A stretch of 64,000 nucleotides of DNA. Source: Longimicrobiales bacterium (GTDB lineage Bacteria; Gemmatimonadota; Gemmatimonadetes; Longimicrobiales; Gaopeijiaceae). The notes below the pieces were generated by a model. The model made no database searches. It saw only the letters and a list, made by a program, of their open reading frames with translations, and was not told the origin of the DNA. Of the stretch, positions 55,993 to 64,000 are shown one piece after another. A program made the position numbers and the translations under genes. Numbering within the stretch: position 1 is the first letter of the stretch; each line of letters begins with the position of its first letter. The stretch lies in contig OZ241892.1 in the NCBI GenBank assembly GCA_965203485.1, positions 3,232,001 to 3,296,000 of the forward strand. The letters run 5' to 3'.

Positions 55993-58900
55993 TCACCTGG
56001 TGAACGGCCCGAGCTGGTCGGCCAGCCCGGCGATGTTGAGCTTCCGTGCTCGATCTTCGGCCGTCTTCGCGAGGGCGGGTCGGGGGGAGCGTGCTCGGCG
56101 CGACAGACGCGCGAGTTCGAGGGCGATGCGTAGCCAAGCCAGATTGCGGACTTCGGCGAGTTCGCCAAGCCCGCGGTCGAGGAGAGCGATGGCCCCGCCG
56201 ACGCGGCCCGTGCGCGCCAGCAGGCGGGCGTGCAACAAGAGCAGGTCGGGGGGAGCGTGCTGGGCGGAGCCGGGAGGATGTTGGGCGGCCAAGTCGGTTG
56301 CGCGGCGCAACTTGCCTGACTGCAGCAGGACTTCGCCCTCCAGTCCGGCGAGCCGGCGTTCGCGGCGGCGGTCGGCGCCGGTTTCGCCGAGTTCGCGTGT
56401 GGACGCCACCGCTCGAGCGGCGGCTGCGAGGTCGCCGCGGGCCAGCGCGAGGCCGGCGTCGGCGAGCGCCGCCCGCGTTTGCAGCGGCGGACAATGCGCG
56501 GGCTCGGCCATGACGAGACGGGCCTCTTTCAGCGCCGATTCGCCCGCGAGATGGTCGCCGGCGCCCGCGTGCCACTCGGCCAGTTGCAGCGACAGCTCGG
56601 CGCGGGCGCGCAGGTCGCCGGCCTCGGAAGCGTCGGCCCGTGCTTGCTCGACGGTTGCGCGGCCTTCGGGCGTCTGCAGCAACCCGGTCGCGGCCAGCGC
56701 CGCGGCGTAGCGGACCCCGGCGAAGGCGCGCTCTCCTCGGAGCGAGTCCGACTTGGCGAGGGCCCAGGCGGCGCGCGCGGCTTGGAGAGCGGCTCCGGGC
56801 GGCCGGTACGCGCCTCCGGCGGCCAGCAAGGAGAGGCACCTGCACCTCGCGCGTTCGTCTGCGAGGCGCTCGGCCAGTTCGGCGGCGCGTCGCAACAAGT
56901 CTTCGACGGCCGAAGCGTCTTCGTGACCGAGCAGCGCTAGAAGGCGGGCGTCCAGTACGCGGACCAGCGAGAGTTCGGAGCCGTTGGCGAGCGCCGCTGA
57001 TTCGAGCCCGTCCAGCACGCCCAAGAGGGTGCGCGGAGATTCCAACCCGAGTTCGCGCCGCGCCGTCGCCACCAGCAACCGGATGTCGAGCGTCTGCGTG
57101 GAGAGAGCGGCGGCGCGTCCGCTTGCCTTGTCCACGGCGCCTGCGTTCGCCGCAGGGGTTCGCTGGTCCGGGCCCGGCATGTCCTCGCCGCCGCCCCGCG
57201 GCGTATCGCCGATGCCTGGCGCCCGGTGTTGCGCGGCCGTCGCCGGCTTGCCGGGGGCCGGCGCGGCCTCGCCCAGGTTCGGAGCGCCCGAACACGCGGC
57301 GCCCGCGGCCGTCGCCGGCCTGCCCGATGCGAGCGCATCGTCGCCCAGACGCAGCGCCTCTCCGACGCGCAAGGCCGCCCAGTGCTCGCGGGCGAGGCGC
57401 ACCGACAGCGTGCGCCGGTCCGCGCCGTCGCTGGCTTGGCGGGCTATCTCGAGCAGGGCGAGCCGGGCGGCAACCTTCGTCCGCGGGGTGGCTGCGGCCG
57501 CAAGCAAGCCGTACCTGCGGGCCCGGTTGCGGTCGCCCGCCAAGTGACAGTGGCGGGCGGCGTGGTCGAGCGCCGGAGGGCTGGGGCCGGACAACAGGAG
57601 GCTGGCCGCCACGCCGTGCGCGAACGCCCGTCGTACGGGCGTGGTCGCCTCGTAGACGGCTTGGCGGACGACCCCGTGACGAAACGAGATCCGGAACGGC
57701 GCCTTTCCGCTGTTCCAAGAAAGAATCCCTGCTCTCTCTAGACGTTCGACCGCGTCCACGCATTCCCCGGGCGTGCACGCCGACAGCCGGGCAACGGCGC
57801 CGAGGCCCGCCGGGGCACCGAAGACGGCAAGCCCCGCGGCGACCTTGCGACCCACCTCGCCCGCCGCCTCCATGCGTTCGCGAACGAACCGCCGCACGAG
57901 TTCGGGAGTACGCAACTGCAGCGCTGGTCGTCCGGCTTCACCGCCGCCGTCCTTTCCGTCGGCTTGGCCGCCGCGGCCTTCTTGCGCGAGCGCGGCGAGG
58001 AAACGCGGATTGCCGCCGCCGAGACGCACGACCAGATCCAGCATTGCGTCGCCCCGCGCCCGGTCGCCCGCGACGTGGCCGTCCTTGCCCGGGGCGGTCC
58101 GCCGGGCCGCGGCCGCGACTTCCCGAGCGGCGGCGTCGTCCAAACCACGAAGGCGGACATGGGTTGTCCGCGAATCCGCTTCCTGGGCGCGCACGAAGCG
58201 TGCCGTCGCCGAAGCGTGGTGCAGCGCTTCCCCCCGGTAGGCCAGCAGCAGGCTGAACGGAAGTTCGTCCGCTTCCTCGCAAACCGAATGCAGGACCGTC
58301 GCCGATTCCTCGTCCGCATGATGGAAGTCGTCGACGAACAAGACGAAGCCGCGAAGTCGAGCCAGCGCCTCGCACAAACGGCGGAACGCCTCCGCGGCCC
58401 CGGACGGACCTCCTGGCGGCGGCAAGAGACTCGTCCGCTCGTTCCGCCCGACGCGGCGACGAATCCACGCCTGATCGAGCGCCTTCGCCAGAGTGCTCAG
58501 ACGAACCCGCCGATCCACCGGTTCGGGCCGCGCCCGGATCACGTCCAGGCCGAGGAGCTCCGCTCCCCGAACCGCCACTTCGGCCAGCCGCGTCTTGCCG
58601 ATGCCGGACTCCCCGCTGATCGTCGCCACGCCGCCGCCGTACAGGATGCGGTTGATTCGACCCAGGACGTCGTCGCGCCCGCGAAACGGCAGTCGCCCCG
58701 CGTTTCCTCGCGGGAGATCCTCGGGTCCTTGCGATGCCCCGGCGTCGCCCGCCCTTGCGGCTTCGTCGGACCCGGCTCTTGCGCCGCCTCGGGCCGGCCT
58801 CGTCCCGCCCGGCGAGCGGCCCCACTCCGTCCCCGCCCGTCCCCGCACCGAGAGGAGCAGCCGTCTCGTCTCCGGCTCCGGCGACCAGTCCCGGCTCCGG

Positions 58901-59559
58901 TCGGCGAACGCGCGGTACACGGCCTCTGCCTCACGCACGCGCCCGCCCATCGCCTGGGCGCGCATGACCCGCCGGAGCATCAGCTCGTCCCGCGGGTCGA
59001 TCCGCAGCAACGCCTCGGCGGCCTCGCGCGCCGCCGCCCAGTCCTGCGCCGCCTCGGCGGCCTGCCAGGTGGCCATGCTCGCCGAACGAAGCCGCGCCCG
59101 GACCCCCACGCGGCGCTCCTCGATCCACTCCGCCAACGCGTTTCCTCTCCAGCGCGGGAACGCCGCCAGAAACCCGCGCTCCAGCAAGTCGCACGCCTTC
59201 CCGAACCGCCGGGCGGCGACCATCTCGTCGAACGCCGTCATGTCGCAGGCCACGACGTCGCGGCGCACTCGGACGAACTCGCCCTCGGCCTTGAGCACGC
59301 GGGCCTCGCACCGCTGGTTGGTCTGGTAGACGAGCTGGCTGGCCCGGTGCCTCACGGTCCTGCTGTTGGCGTCGCCCCAGAGAACGCGTTGCACGAGAGT
59401 CCGGGGAATGCGTGTCCTGCCGTCGCCGAACGCCAGCGCCAGCACGCTGGACTGAGCGGGCGAGGTCGCCACGCGCAACCCGTCCCTCCACAACGCGGGT
59501 CCACCGAAGAGTTCCAAGCCGAGTCCGGGGCCGCGCGTCGACGACGTGCTTCCCTGCAA
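55993..59559 (-). CDS. BTAD/SARP-type regulator with AAA_16 ATPase and helical C-terminus
   Basis: LELFGGP, LLRIDPRDE..MRA..G..EA..Y..PEPET, GESGIGKT, VDDFHHADEES, GGNP, FRHGVVR. Confidence 0.85.
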   Translation of the reverse strand: MQGSTSSTRGPGLGLELFGGPALWRDGLRVATSPAQSSVLALAFGDGRTRIPRTLVQRVLWGDANSRTVRHRASQLVYQTNQRCEARVLKAEGEFVRVRRDVVACDMTAFDEMVAARRFGKACDLLERGFLAAFPRWRGNALAEWIEERRVGVRARLRSASMATWQAAEAAQDWAAAREAAEALLRIDPRDELMLRRVMRAQAMGGRVREAEAVYRAFADRSRDWSPEPETRRLLLSVRGRAGTEWGRSPGGTRPARGGARAGSDEAARAGDAGASQGPEDLPRGNAGRLPFRGRDDVLGRINRILYGGGVATISGESGIGKTRLAEVAVRGAELLGLDVIRARPEPVDRRVRLSTLAKALDQAWIRRRVGRNERTSLLPPPGGPSGAAEAFRRLCEALARLRGFVLFVDDFHHADEESATVLHSVCEEADELPFSLLLAYRGEALHHASATARFVRAQEADSRTTHVRLRGLDDAAAREVAAAARRTAPGKDGHVAGDRARGDAMLDLVVRLGGGNPRFLAALAQEGRGGQADGKDGGGEAGRPALQLRTPELVRRFVRERMEAAGEVGRKVAAGLAVFGAPAGLGAVARLSACTPGECVDAVERLERAGILSWNSGKAPFRISFRHGVVRQAVYEATTPVRRAFAHGVAASLLLSGPSPPALDHAARHCHLAGDRNRARRYGLLAAAATPRTKVAARLALLEIARQASDGADRRTLSVRLAREHWAALRVGEALRLGDDALASGRPATAAGAACSGAPNLGEAAPAPGKPATAAQHRAPGIGDTPRGGGEDMPGPDQRTPAANAGAVDKASGRAAALSTQTLDIRLLVATARRELGLESPRTLLGVLDGLESAALANGSELSLVRVLDARLLALLGHEDASAVEDLLRRAAELAERLADERARCRCLSLLAAGGAYRPPGAALQAARAAWALAKSDSLRGERAFAGVRYAAALAATGLLQTPEGRATVEQARADASEAGDLRARAELSLQLAEWHAGAGDHLAGESALKEARLVMAEPAHCPPLQTRAALADAGLALARGDLAAAARAVASTRELGETGADRRRERRLAGLEGEVLLQSGKLRRATDLAAQHPPGSAQHAPPDLLLLHARLLARTGRVGGAIALLDRGLGELAEVRNLAWLRIALELARLSRRARSPRPALAKTAEDRARKLNIAGLADQLGPFTR

Positions 59560-59565
59560 CTGCGA

Positions 59566-60456
59566 TCAGATGGAAGCTGCCGAACGCTTTGCCGAGTCGC
59601 CGTCGAGGGACGGACCGGCCAGAGGAGGAGCGATGGACGGTCGCGACTCGGCCACGCCGGCCGGCAGGTTTCCGCAGGCGGCCTCGCGAGCCAGCCAGCT
59701 CTCGAAGACCCACTCCCAACCCACTCTCTTGCGGACCTCGAGCGGACGCAGGCCGCACAGCCGCTGCATCTGGTTGCTCAGCGAAAAGCCGTCGCGGTAG
59801 CCGAGCGAGCAGGCCACCTGGAACAGGGTCGCGCTGGAGTTCTGCAGCTGCATCGTGGCGCGAAGGACCCGCGACACGTGGAGCCAGTGCGAGGGCACGG
59901 GCAGAGAGTCCCTCAGAAACCGCCGCCCGATGGCGCGTCGCGACATGTAGAGACTCGTCGCGAGCGACGCGATCGTTTGGGCGCGGTCGCTGAGCTCGAC
60001 GATGCGGCGGATGATGCTCTTGGCCACGGGGTCCAGGCTGAAGCCGCGCCAGTCAAGGTATTCGGTCACGCTCGAGGGCAACGACGAGGGCGGACGGCGC
60101 ACGATGCCGGCGATTTCGGACGGGCGTGGAGGATCGTGAAACGGAAGAACGGCTTGCGGACGGCTCTGCTCGATGGCGCGCAGCACCGGCGTGATCGCCA
60201 AGCGGCTGTCGCCGTCCGGCAATATCATCACGAGCGCCACTCCGGCGCGCCGGTTCGCCACCAGCGACGCCGCGTCCACCCAGCGTTGGGTGCCCAGGTG
60301 CCAAGTCATCACCCACCCGCCCTCGTGCGGCTCCGGGGAGTCGACGTCGATGGGCACCAGATCACGGTACGGCGGTCCCAAGAGGGCGATGGAGTCGCGG
60401 CGGACGGGGGGCGAGGGCATGGGGCTCCTTGGGCTCGGGTCTCGGCGGAGCGACAA
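59566..60456 (-). CDS. AraC-family HTH regulator
   Basis: IASLATSLYMSRRAIGRRF, VACSLGYRDGFSLSNQMQRLCGLRP; start may be 60420. Confidence 0.85.
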   Translation of the reverse strand: MSLRRDPSPRSPMPSPPVRRDSIALLGPPYRDLVPIDVDSPEPHEGGWVMTWHLGTQRWVDAASLVANRRAGVALVMILPDGDSRLAITPVLRAIEQSRPQAVLPFHDPPRPSEIAGIVRRPPSSLPSSVTEYLDWRGFSLDPVAKSIIRRIVELSDRAQTIASLATSLYMSRRAIGRRFLRDSLPVPSHWLHVSRVLRATMQLQNSSATLFQVACSLGYRDGFSLSNQMQRLCGLRPLEVRKRVGWEWVFESWLAREAACGNLPAGVAESRPSIAPPLAGPSLDGDSAKRSAASI

Positions 60457-60664
60457 GGCTATTCCCGTCCGTCATCGTTTGGTCATCGCTCAAGGAGGGC
60501 GTCCGCCGAGACGGCGACGCCGGGCGGCGACAGTCCGGCGATGTCGCCCGAAGGGGCTTGAAAGCCGGTTCGCATTCCTCGAAATTCCAATATGCCGCCG
60601 CGTCCCACCGGCTCCATAGAGTCGGACTTCGGCGGCGCCTTCCCGTCTCGCCGGAGCGTCGCAC

Positions 60665-62281
60665 ATGTCCGCAACAGCCGTTGCCGAACGCGGCGCCAGC
60701 CTGGGCCGGGCCGTGCGTCGCTTGGGAGGAAGGGCGACGCTGGGCGACGTGGTGGCGGCGACGGGAATGCCGAGCGCCGAGGCGGAGTCCGGGCTCAAGA
60801 AGCTCCTGGAGACCTGCCGCGGCCATCTCGAGGTGTCCGATTCCGGCGAGCTGCTCTACAGCTTCGACCCGCGCATCGTGGCGCGCGACGCGGAGTCGTT
60901 CGGCGTTCGGTTCCGAAGGGCCGCCTGGTCGGCGTTCAAGACCGGGTTCAAGATATGGACCGCGGTGATGCTCGTCGTGTACTTCGTCGTCTTCGTGGTG
61001 CTCGTCATCGCCGCGATGACGGCCAGCCGGAGCTCCGACCGCGACGGCGGCTTCGGCGGGAGGCGCTCGGGCGGCTTCGGCCTGGGCGACCTGTTCTTGA
61101 TGCATTGGCTGCTCGGCGGCAGCGGGTGGCGCAGGGGCGGCCTGTACTACGGCGACGCGCACGCCCGGCGTCTCCCCAAGGAAGCGAGGCCGCCGTTCTA
61201 CAAGAAGGTGTTCGCCTTCATCTTCGGTCCCGAGGATCCGCGTCCCACGCGGCGCCAGAAGGACCGCAGCGTGCTGCGTCTGATCCGGGCTCGGCGCGGG
61301 GTGCTGACGACGGCGGAGCTGGTCGAGCACGCGGGGCTCGCATTGCCCGAGGCCGAAGAAGAGATGGGCCGCTTGACGGGCGCGTACGGCGGCGACCCGC
61401 TGGTGTCGCCGAAGGGCGAGGTCGTCTACACGTTCCCCGACCTCATGAAGAGCGCGCACGGCCGGGTGCGGGACCGGGAGCCGGCCCCGGCCTGGCTTCG
61501 TCTGGAGAAGCCGAAGAAGCTGACGGGCAACAGCGGCGGCTCGAATCTGGTGATCGGGGGGATGAACGGCTTCAACCTGGCCGCTGGATTCGCGATCGGG
61601 CTGTCTCCGGCGCTGGGGATCGCGCAGGTGGACGCGCTGGCTCTCGATCCCGCTTTCGTGCTGGGGCTCGGCGTCGTGCCCGTCGTCTTCAGCAGCATGT
61701 TCTTCGCGATTCCGGCCTGTCGCGCGCTGGGGCTTCGGAGCGAGAACGCCGCCCGGCTGCGGCGCAACGTCCGGCGCGTGCTGCTGGGACTGGTGTGCGC
61801 CGAAAGCGTGGAGGAGGTGAGGTGGATCTCAGTCCGGCAGGCGACCGGCCGCGTCTTGCGGCAGATGGAAGGCGCCGGGGTCGGCGCCAAGCTCGTGGCC
61901 GCCGAGCTGGAGACGCTCGCGTCCGAGTTCGGGGCCGACGTTGAGGCGGACGACGACGGCTACCGCTACCGCTTTCCGTTGTTGCGCGCCGCCTTCGTGG
62001 AGGCGGAGCTGGTGCGGCGCGGGATCAAGCTGGAGGACTGGAAGCCGGGGCAGATCGTCTACTCGACTTCGGACTCCGGCGAGGAGGAGGCCCAAAGGGA
62101 CGCCGCCGCGTTCGACCGGGAAGTGGCCGGGGCAGGGCTGGACTTGTCTCGCTACCTGCCTTCGCCGGACCGCATCGGGTACCGAGAGGACTTCGAGATC
62201 GTACTGGACGAGGCGGCCGAGGCGCCGGTCAGGAACCGGGGGCGCCGGAAGCCGAACCGCTACCGCTCAATGCGCGGATGA
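60665..62281 (+). CDS. membrane protein resembling the cyanobacterial/plastid At5g03900-like family
   Basis: TLGDV..GHLEVSDSGELLYSF; second repeat G.P.VSPKGEVVYTFP; third repeat YRYRFP; TM helices. Confidence 0.7.
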   Translation: MSATAVAERGASLGRAVRRLGGRATLGDVVAATGMPSAEAESGLKKLLETCRGHLEVSDSGELLYSFDPRIVARDAESFGVRFRRAAWSAFKTGFKIWTAVMLVVYFVVFVVLVIAAMTASRSSDRDGGFGGRRSGGFGLGDLFLMHWLLGGSGWRRGGLYYGDAHARRLPKEARPPFYKKVFAFIFGPEDPRPTRRQKDRSVLRLIRARRGVLTTAELVEHAGLALPEAEEEMGRLTGAYGGDPLVSPKGEVVYTFPDLMKSAHGRVRDREPAPAWLRLEKPKKLTGNSGGSNLVIGGMNGFNLAAGFAIGLSPALGIAQVDALALDPAFVLGLGVVPVVFSSMFFAIPACRALGLRSENAARLRRNVRRVLLGLVCAESVEEVRWISVRQATGRVLRQMEGAGVGAKLVAAELETLASEFGADVEADDDGYRYRFPLLRAAFVEAELVRRGIKLEDWKPGQIVYSTSDSGEEEAQRDAAAFDREVAGAGLDLSRYLPSPDRIGYREDFEIVLDEAAEAPVRNRGRRKPNRYRSMRG

Positions 62282-62909
62282 CGTCGCGCCAGAACTCGAC
62301 GGGCTGAGCCCCCATCAGCGGCCGTCCGTTGACCAGAAAGAACGGCGTGCCCGTCACCCCCGCCCTCGCCGCTATGGCCTGGGCGCTCCGCAACCGCTCC
62401 CGCGGCCGGGACTCGGCCACGCACGCGCGGAACTCGGCCTCGTCGGCCCCCGCCTCGCGCGCCATCGCGTCGAAGGCCGCCGAAGCGTCGGGGCTGCGCG
62501 CCCAATCGCGCTGGCGCAGGTAGAGCGCGCGGCTGACCTCCTCGAACAGGCCCTGCTCGCCCGCGCACTCGGCGGCGTAGGCGGCGGGCAGGCCGTTGGC
62601 GAACATGCCGCTGGCGTACGGCACGTACTTCCATTGCACGGCTCCCGAGTCGATGAACTCCCTGAGGAGCGGGAACGTCTCGGTGTGGAATTGCCGGCAG
62701 TAGCCGCATGCGTAGTCGCTGAACTCCACGACCTTGACCGGCGCGTCGGCCGCCCCGAAGTCGAAGCCGATCTCGTTCAGCGAGAGTTCCTGGAGCGCCT
62801 TCGCGGCGCCTGCGCCGGGGCTTCCGCAAGCCGCGGCAGAGATCAGGAGGCAGGCCGCGATTGCGACCGGCAGGCGGCCGCGGCGCGGCGACGGCGGACT
62901 GCTTTGCAT
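62229..62909 (-). CDS. DsbA-family thioredoxin lipoprotein
   Basis: Lipobox AAAC; EFSDYACGYC; GVTGTPFFLVNG. Confidence 0.9.
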   Translation of the reverse strand: MQSSPPSPRRGRLPVAIAACLLISAAACGSPGAGAAKALQELSLNEIGFDFGAADAPVKVVEFSDYACGYCRQFHTETFPLLREFIDSGAVQWKYVPYASGMFANGLPAAYAAECAGEQGLFEEVSRALYLRQRDWARSPDASAAFDAMAREAGADEAEFRACVAESRPRERLRSAQAIAARAGVTGTPFFLVNGRPLMGAQPVEFWRDVIRALSGSGSASGAPGS

Positions 62910-63098
62910 GGTCCTCTTCGTTTCTTGGGCCGTTTGCCGCAGGGCGACGCCGCGCAACGCCTCCACGGCGCCCCGCCAGCAACGCTTCCGTTTAGTATAG
63001 AGTATACCGGGCCGGGCGGCGCGGCGGGCTTGGAAGTCCGGCGCTTGCCGTCGGCACGAGGCCGTTCTCTCACTCGGGCAACAAGCGGAGAGCCTTGC

Positions 63099-63368
63099 GT
63101 GCGCAGCAGATCGAAGCTCCTGGCCAGCCTGGAAGCCGTCTATCGCGAGGCGTTCGGCGAGGCCGAGAAGGCCGGCGACCAAGGCCGCATGGAAGATCTC
63201 GACTTCAAGTTCCGGCGCGACCAAGTGATGCTCGAGGTCATGCTCGACGTCCGGGACGGCCTTGTCGGCCTGTCGGGCGACTCCGGCGGCGGCGGCGCGA
63301 GCGACGACGCGGGCCTGCTCGACAAGGTGCGGGCCGCCCGGAAGCTCACGAAGCTGCTGCCGAGGTGA
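63099..63368 (+). CDS. small helical hypothetical protein
   Basis: GTG after GGAGAG; amphipathic 89 aa. Confidence 0.65.
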   Translation: MRSRSKLLASLEAVYREAFGEAEKAGDQGRMEDLDFKFRRDQVMLEVMLDVRDGLVGLSGDSGGGGASDDAGLLDKVRAARKLTKLLPR

Positions 63369-63375
63369 GTCCGCC

Positions 63376-64000
63376 TTGAAGCTCTACACGCGAGGCGGCG
63401 ACCGCGGCGAGACGGGGCTGTTCCTCGGTGTGCGGGTGCCCAAGCACGATTCTCGGGTGGAGGCGTACGGGACCGTGGACGAACTGAACGCGGCGCTCGG
63501 TTGGGCGCGCAGCCAAGTGACCAGCGGCGACACGCTGGAGCGGCTGCGGCTCGTTTCGGAGGACTTGTTCGCGGTCGGATCGAGCCTGTCGGTGCCGCCG
63601 GGCGAGGCGGAGCGGGCGAAGCGGCTCTTGCCAGCGTTGCCCAGCGAGCGAATCGGCGCCATGGAGGCATGGATCGACCAGGCCGTGGAGGAGACCGATC
63701 CGCTTCGCAGCTTCGTGCTGCCGGGCGGAGGGCCTGGGGCGAGCGCGTTGCATGTGGCCCGCACGGTGTGCCGGAGAGCCGAGCGGCGGGTCGTCGCCCT
63801 GGCGGCCGTCTCGGCCGTGGACGACGACGTGGTTCGCTACCTGAACCGCCTCGCCGACTACCTGTTCGCCGCCGCGCGCCTCGAGAACAAGCGGACCGGC
63901 GAGACCGACGTCGAGTGGCGTCCCAAGCGCCCCGCGTCCGGCGACGCTCCTTCCGCGCCCGAACCGATCCGCGCCGCCGTCCGCCCCAGCGCGGGACCCC
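63376..64000 (+). CDS. PduO-type cob(I)alamin adenosyltransferase (runs off window)
   Basis: Hand translation: KLYTRGGDRGET, AYGTVDELN, FVLPGG, RTVCRRAER, YLNRL.DYLF. Confidence 0.92.
   Translation, partial: MKLYTRGGDRGETGLFLGVRVPKHDSRVEAYGTVDELNAALGWARSQVTSGDTLERLRLVSEDLFAVGSSLSVPPGEAERAKRLLPALPSERIGAMEAWIDQAVEETDPLRSFVLPGGGPGASALHVARTVCRRAERRVVALAAVSAVDDDVVRYLNRLADYLFAAARLENKRTGETDVEWRPKRPASGDAPSAPEPIRAAVRPSAGP

Overview
High-GC bacterial chromosome segment, probably Gemmatimonadota-like. That assignment is an inference from gene style and content, not from a marker gene. The backbone carries queE, a Nudix hydrolase, a TolB-like protein, a GyrA/ParC-family subunit, a MOSC protein, a divergent paaA/B/C/D-like di-iron epoxidase cluster, PFK, agmatinase, a PIG-L protein, a BMP-type ABC transporter, NSS and NCS2 transporters, a swivel-first aconitase-family fusion, tRNA-Glu/tRNA-Val, BTAD and AraC regulators, DsbA and a PduO-type adenosyltransferase. 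A complete quinohemoprotein amine dehydrogenase (qhp) locus is present (qhpA-D-C-B-F-E), with a probable qhpG stranded about 5.7 kb upstream. Its QhpC has an extra Cys-X5-Asp that could form a fourth thioether bridge. Several 1-2 gene defence-type cassettes are inserted between core genes with no integrase: three R-M-like pairs, an AAA-DUF4143 gene and a doubly deleted AAA_21/DUF4276 pair. The best candidate for an undescribed system is an overlapping pair of a Cys-rich NYN/PIN nuclease and a NACHT/STAND NTPase with pentapeptide repeats, flanked by an 8-bp direct repeat. A 36-bp tripartite DNA motif (GACAGATTC-N6-GAATCTGTC-N3-GAATCTGTC) occurs three times, at disturbed sites. All family assignments come from motif recognition by eye; no searches were run.
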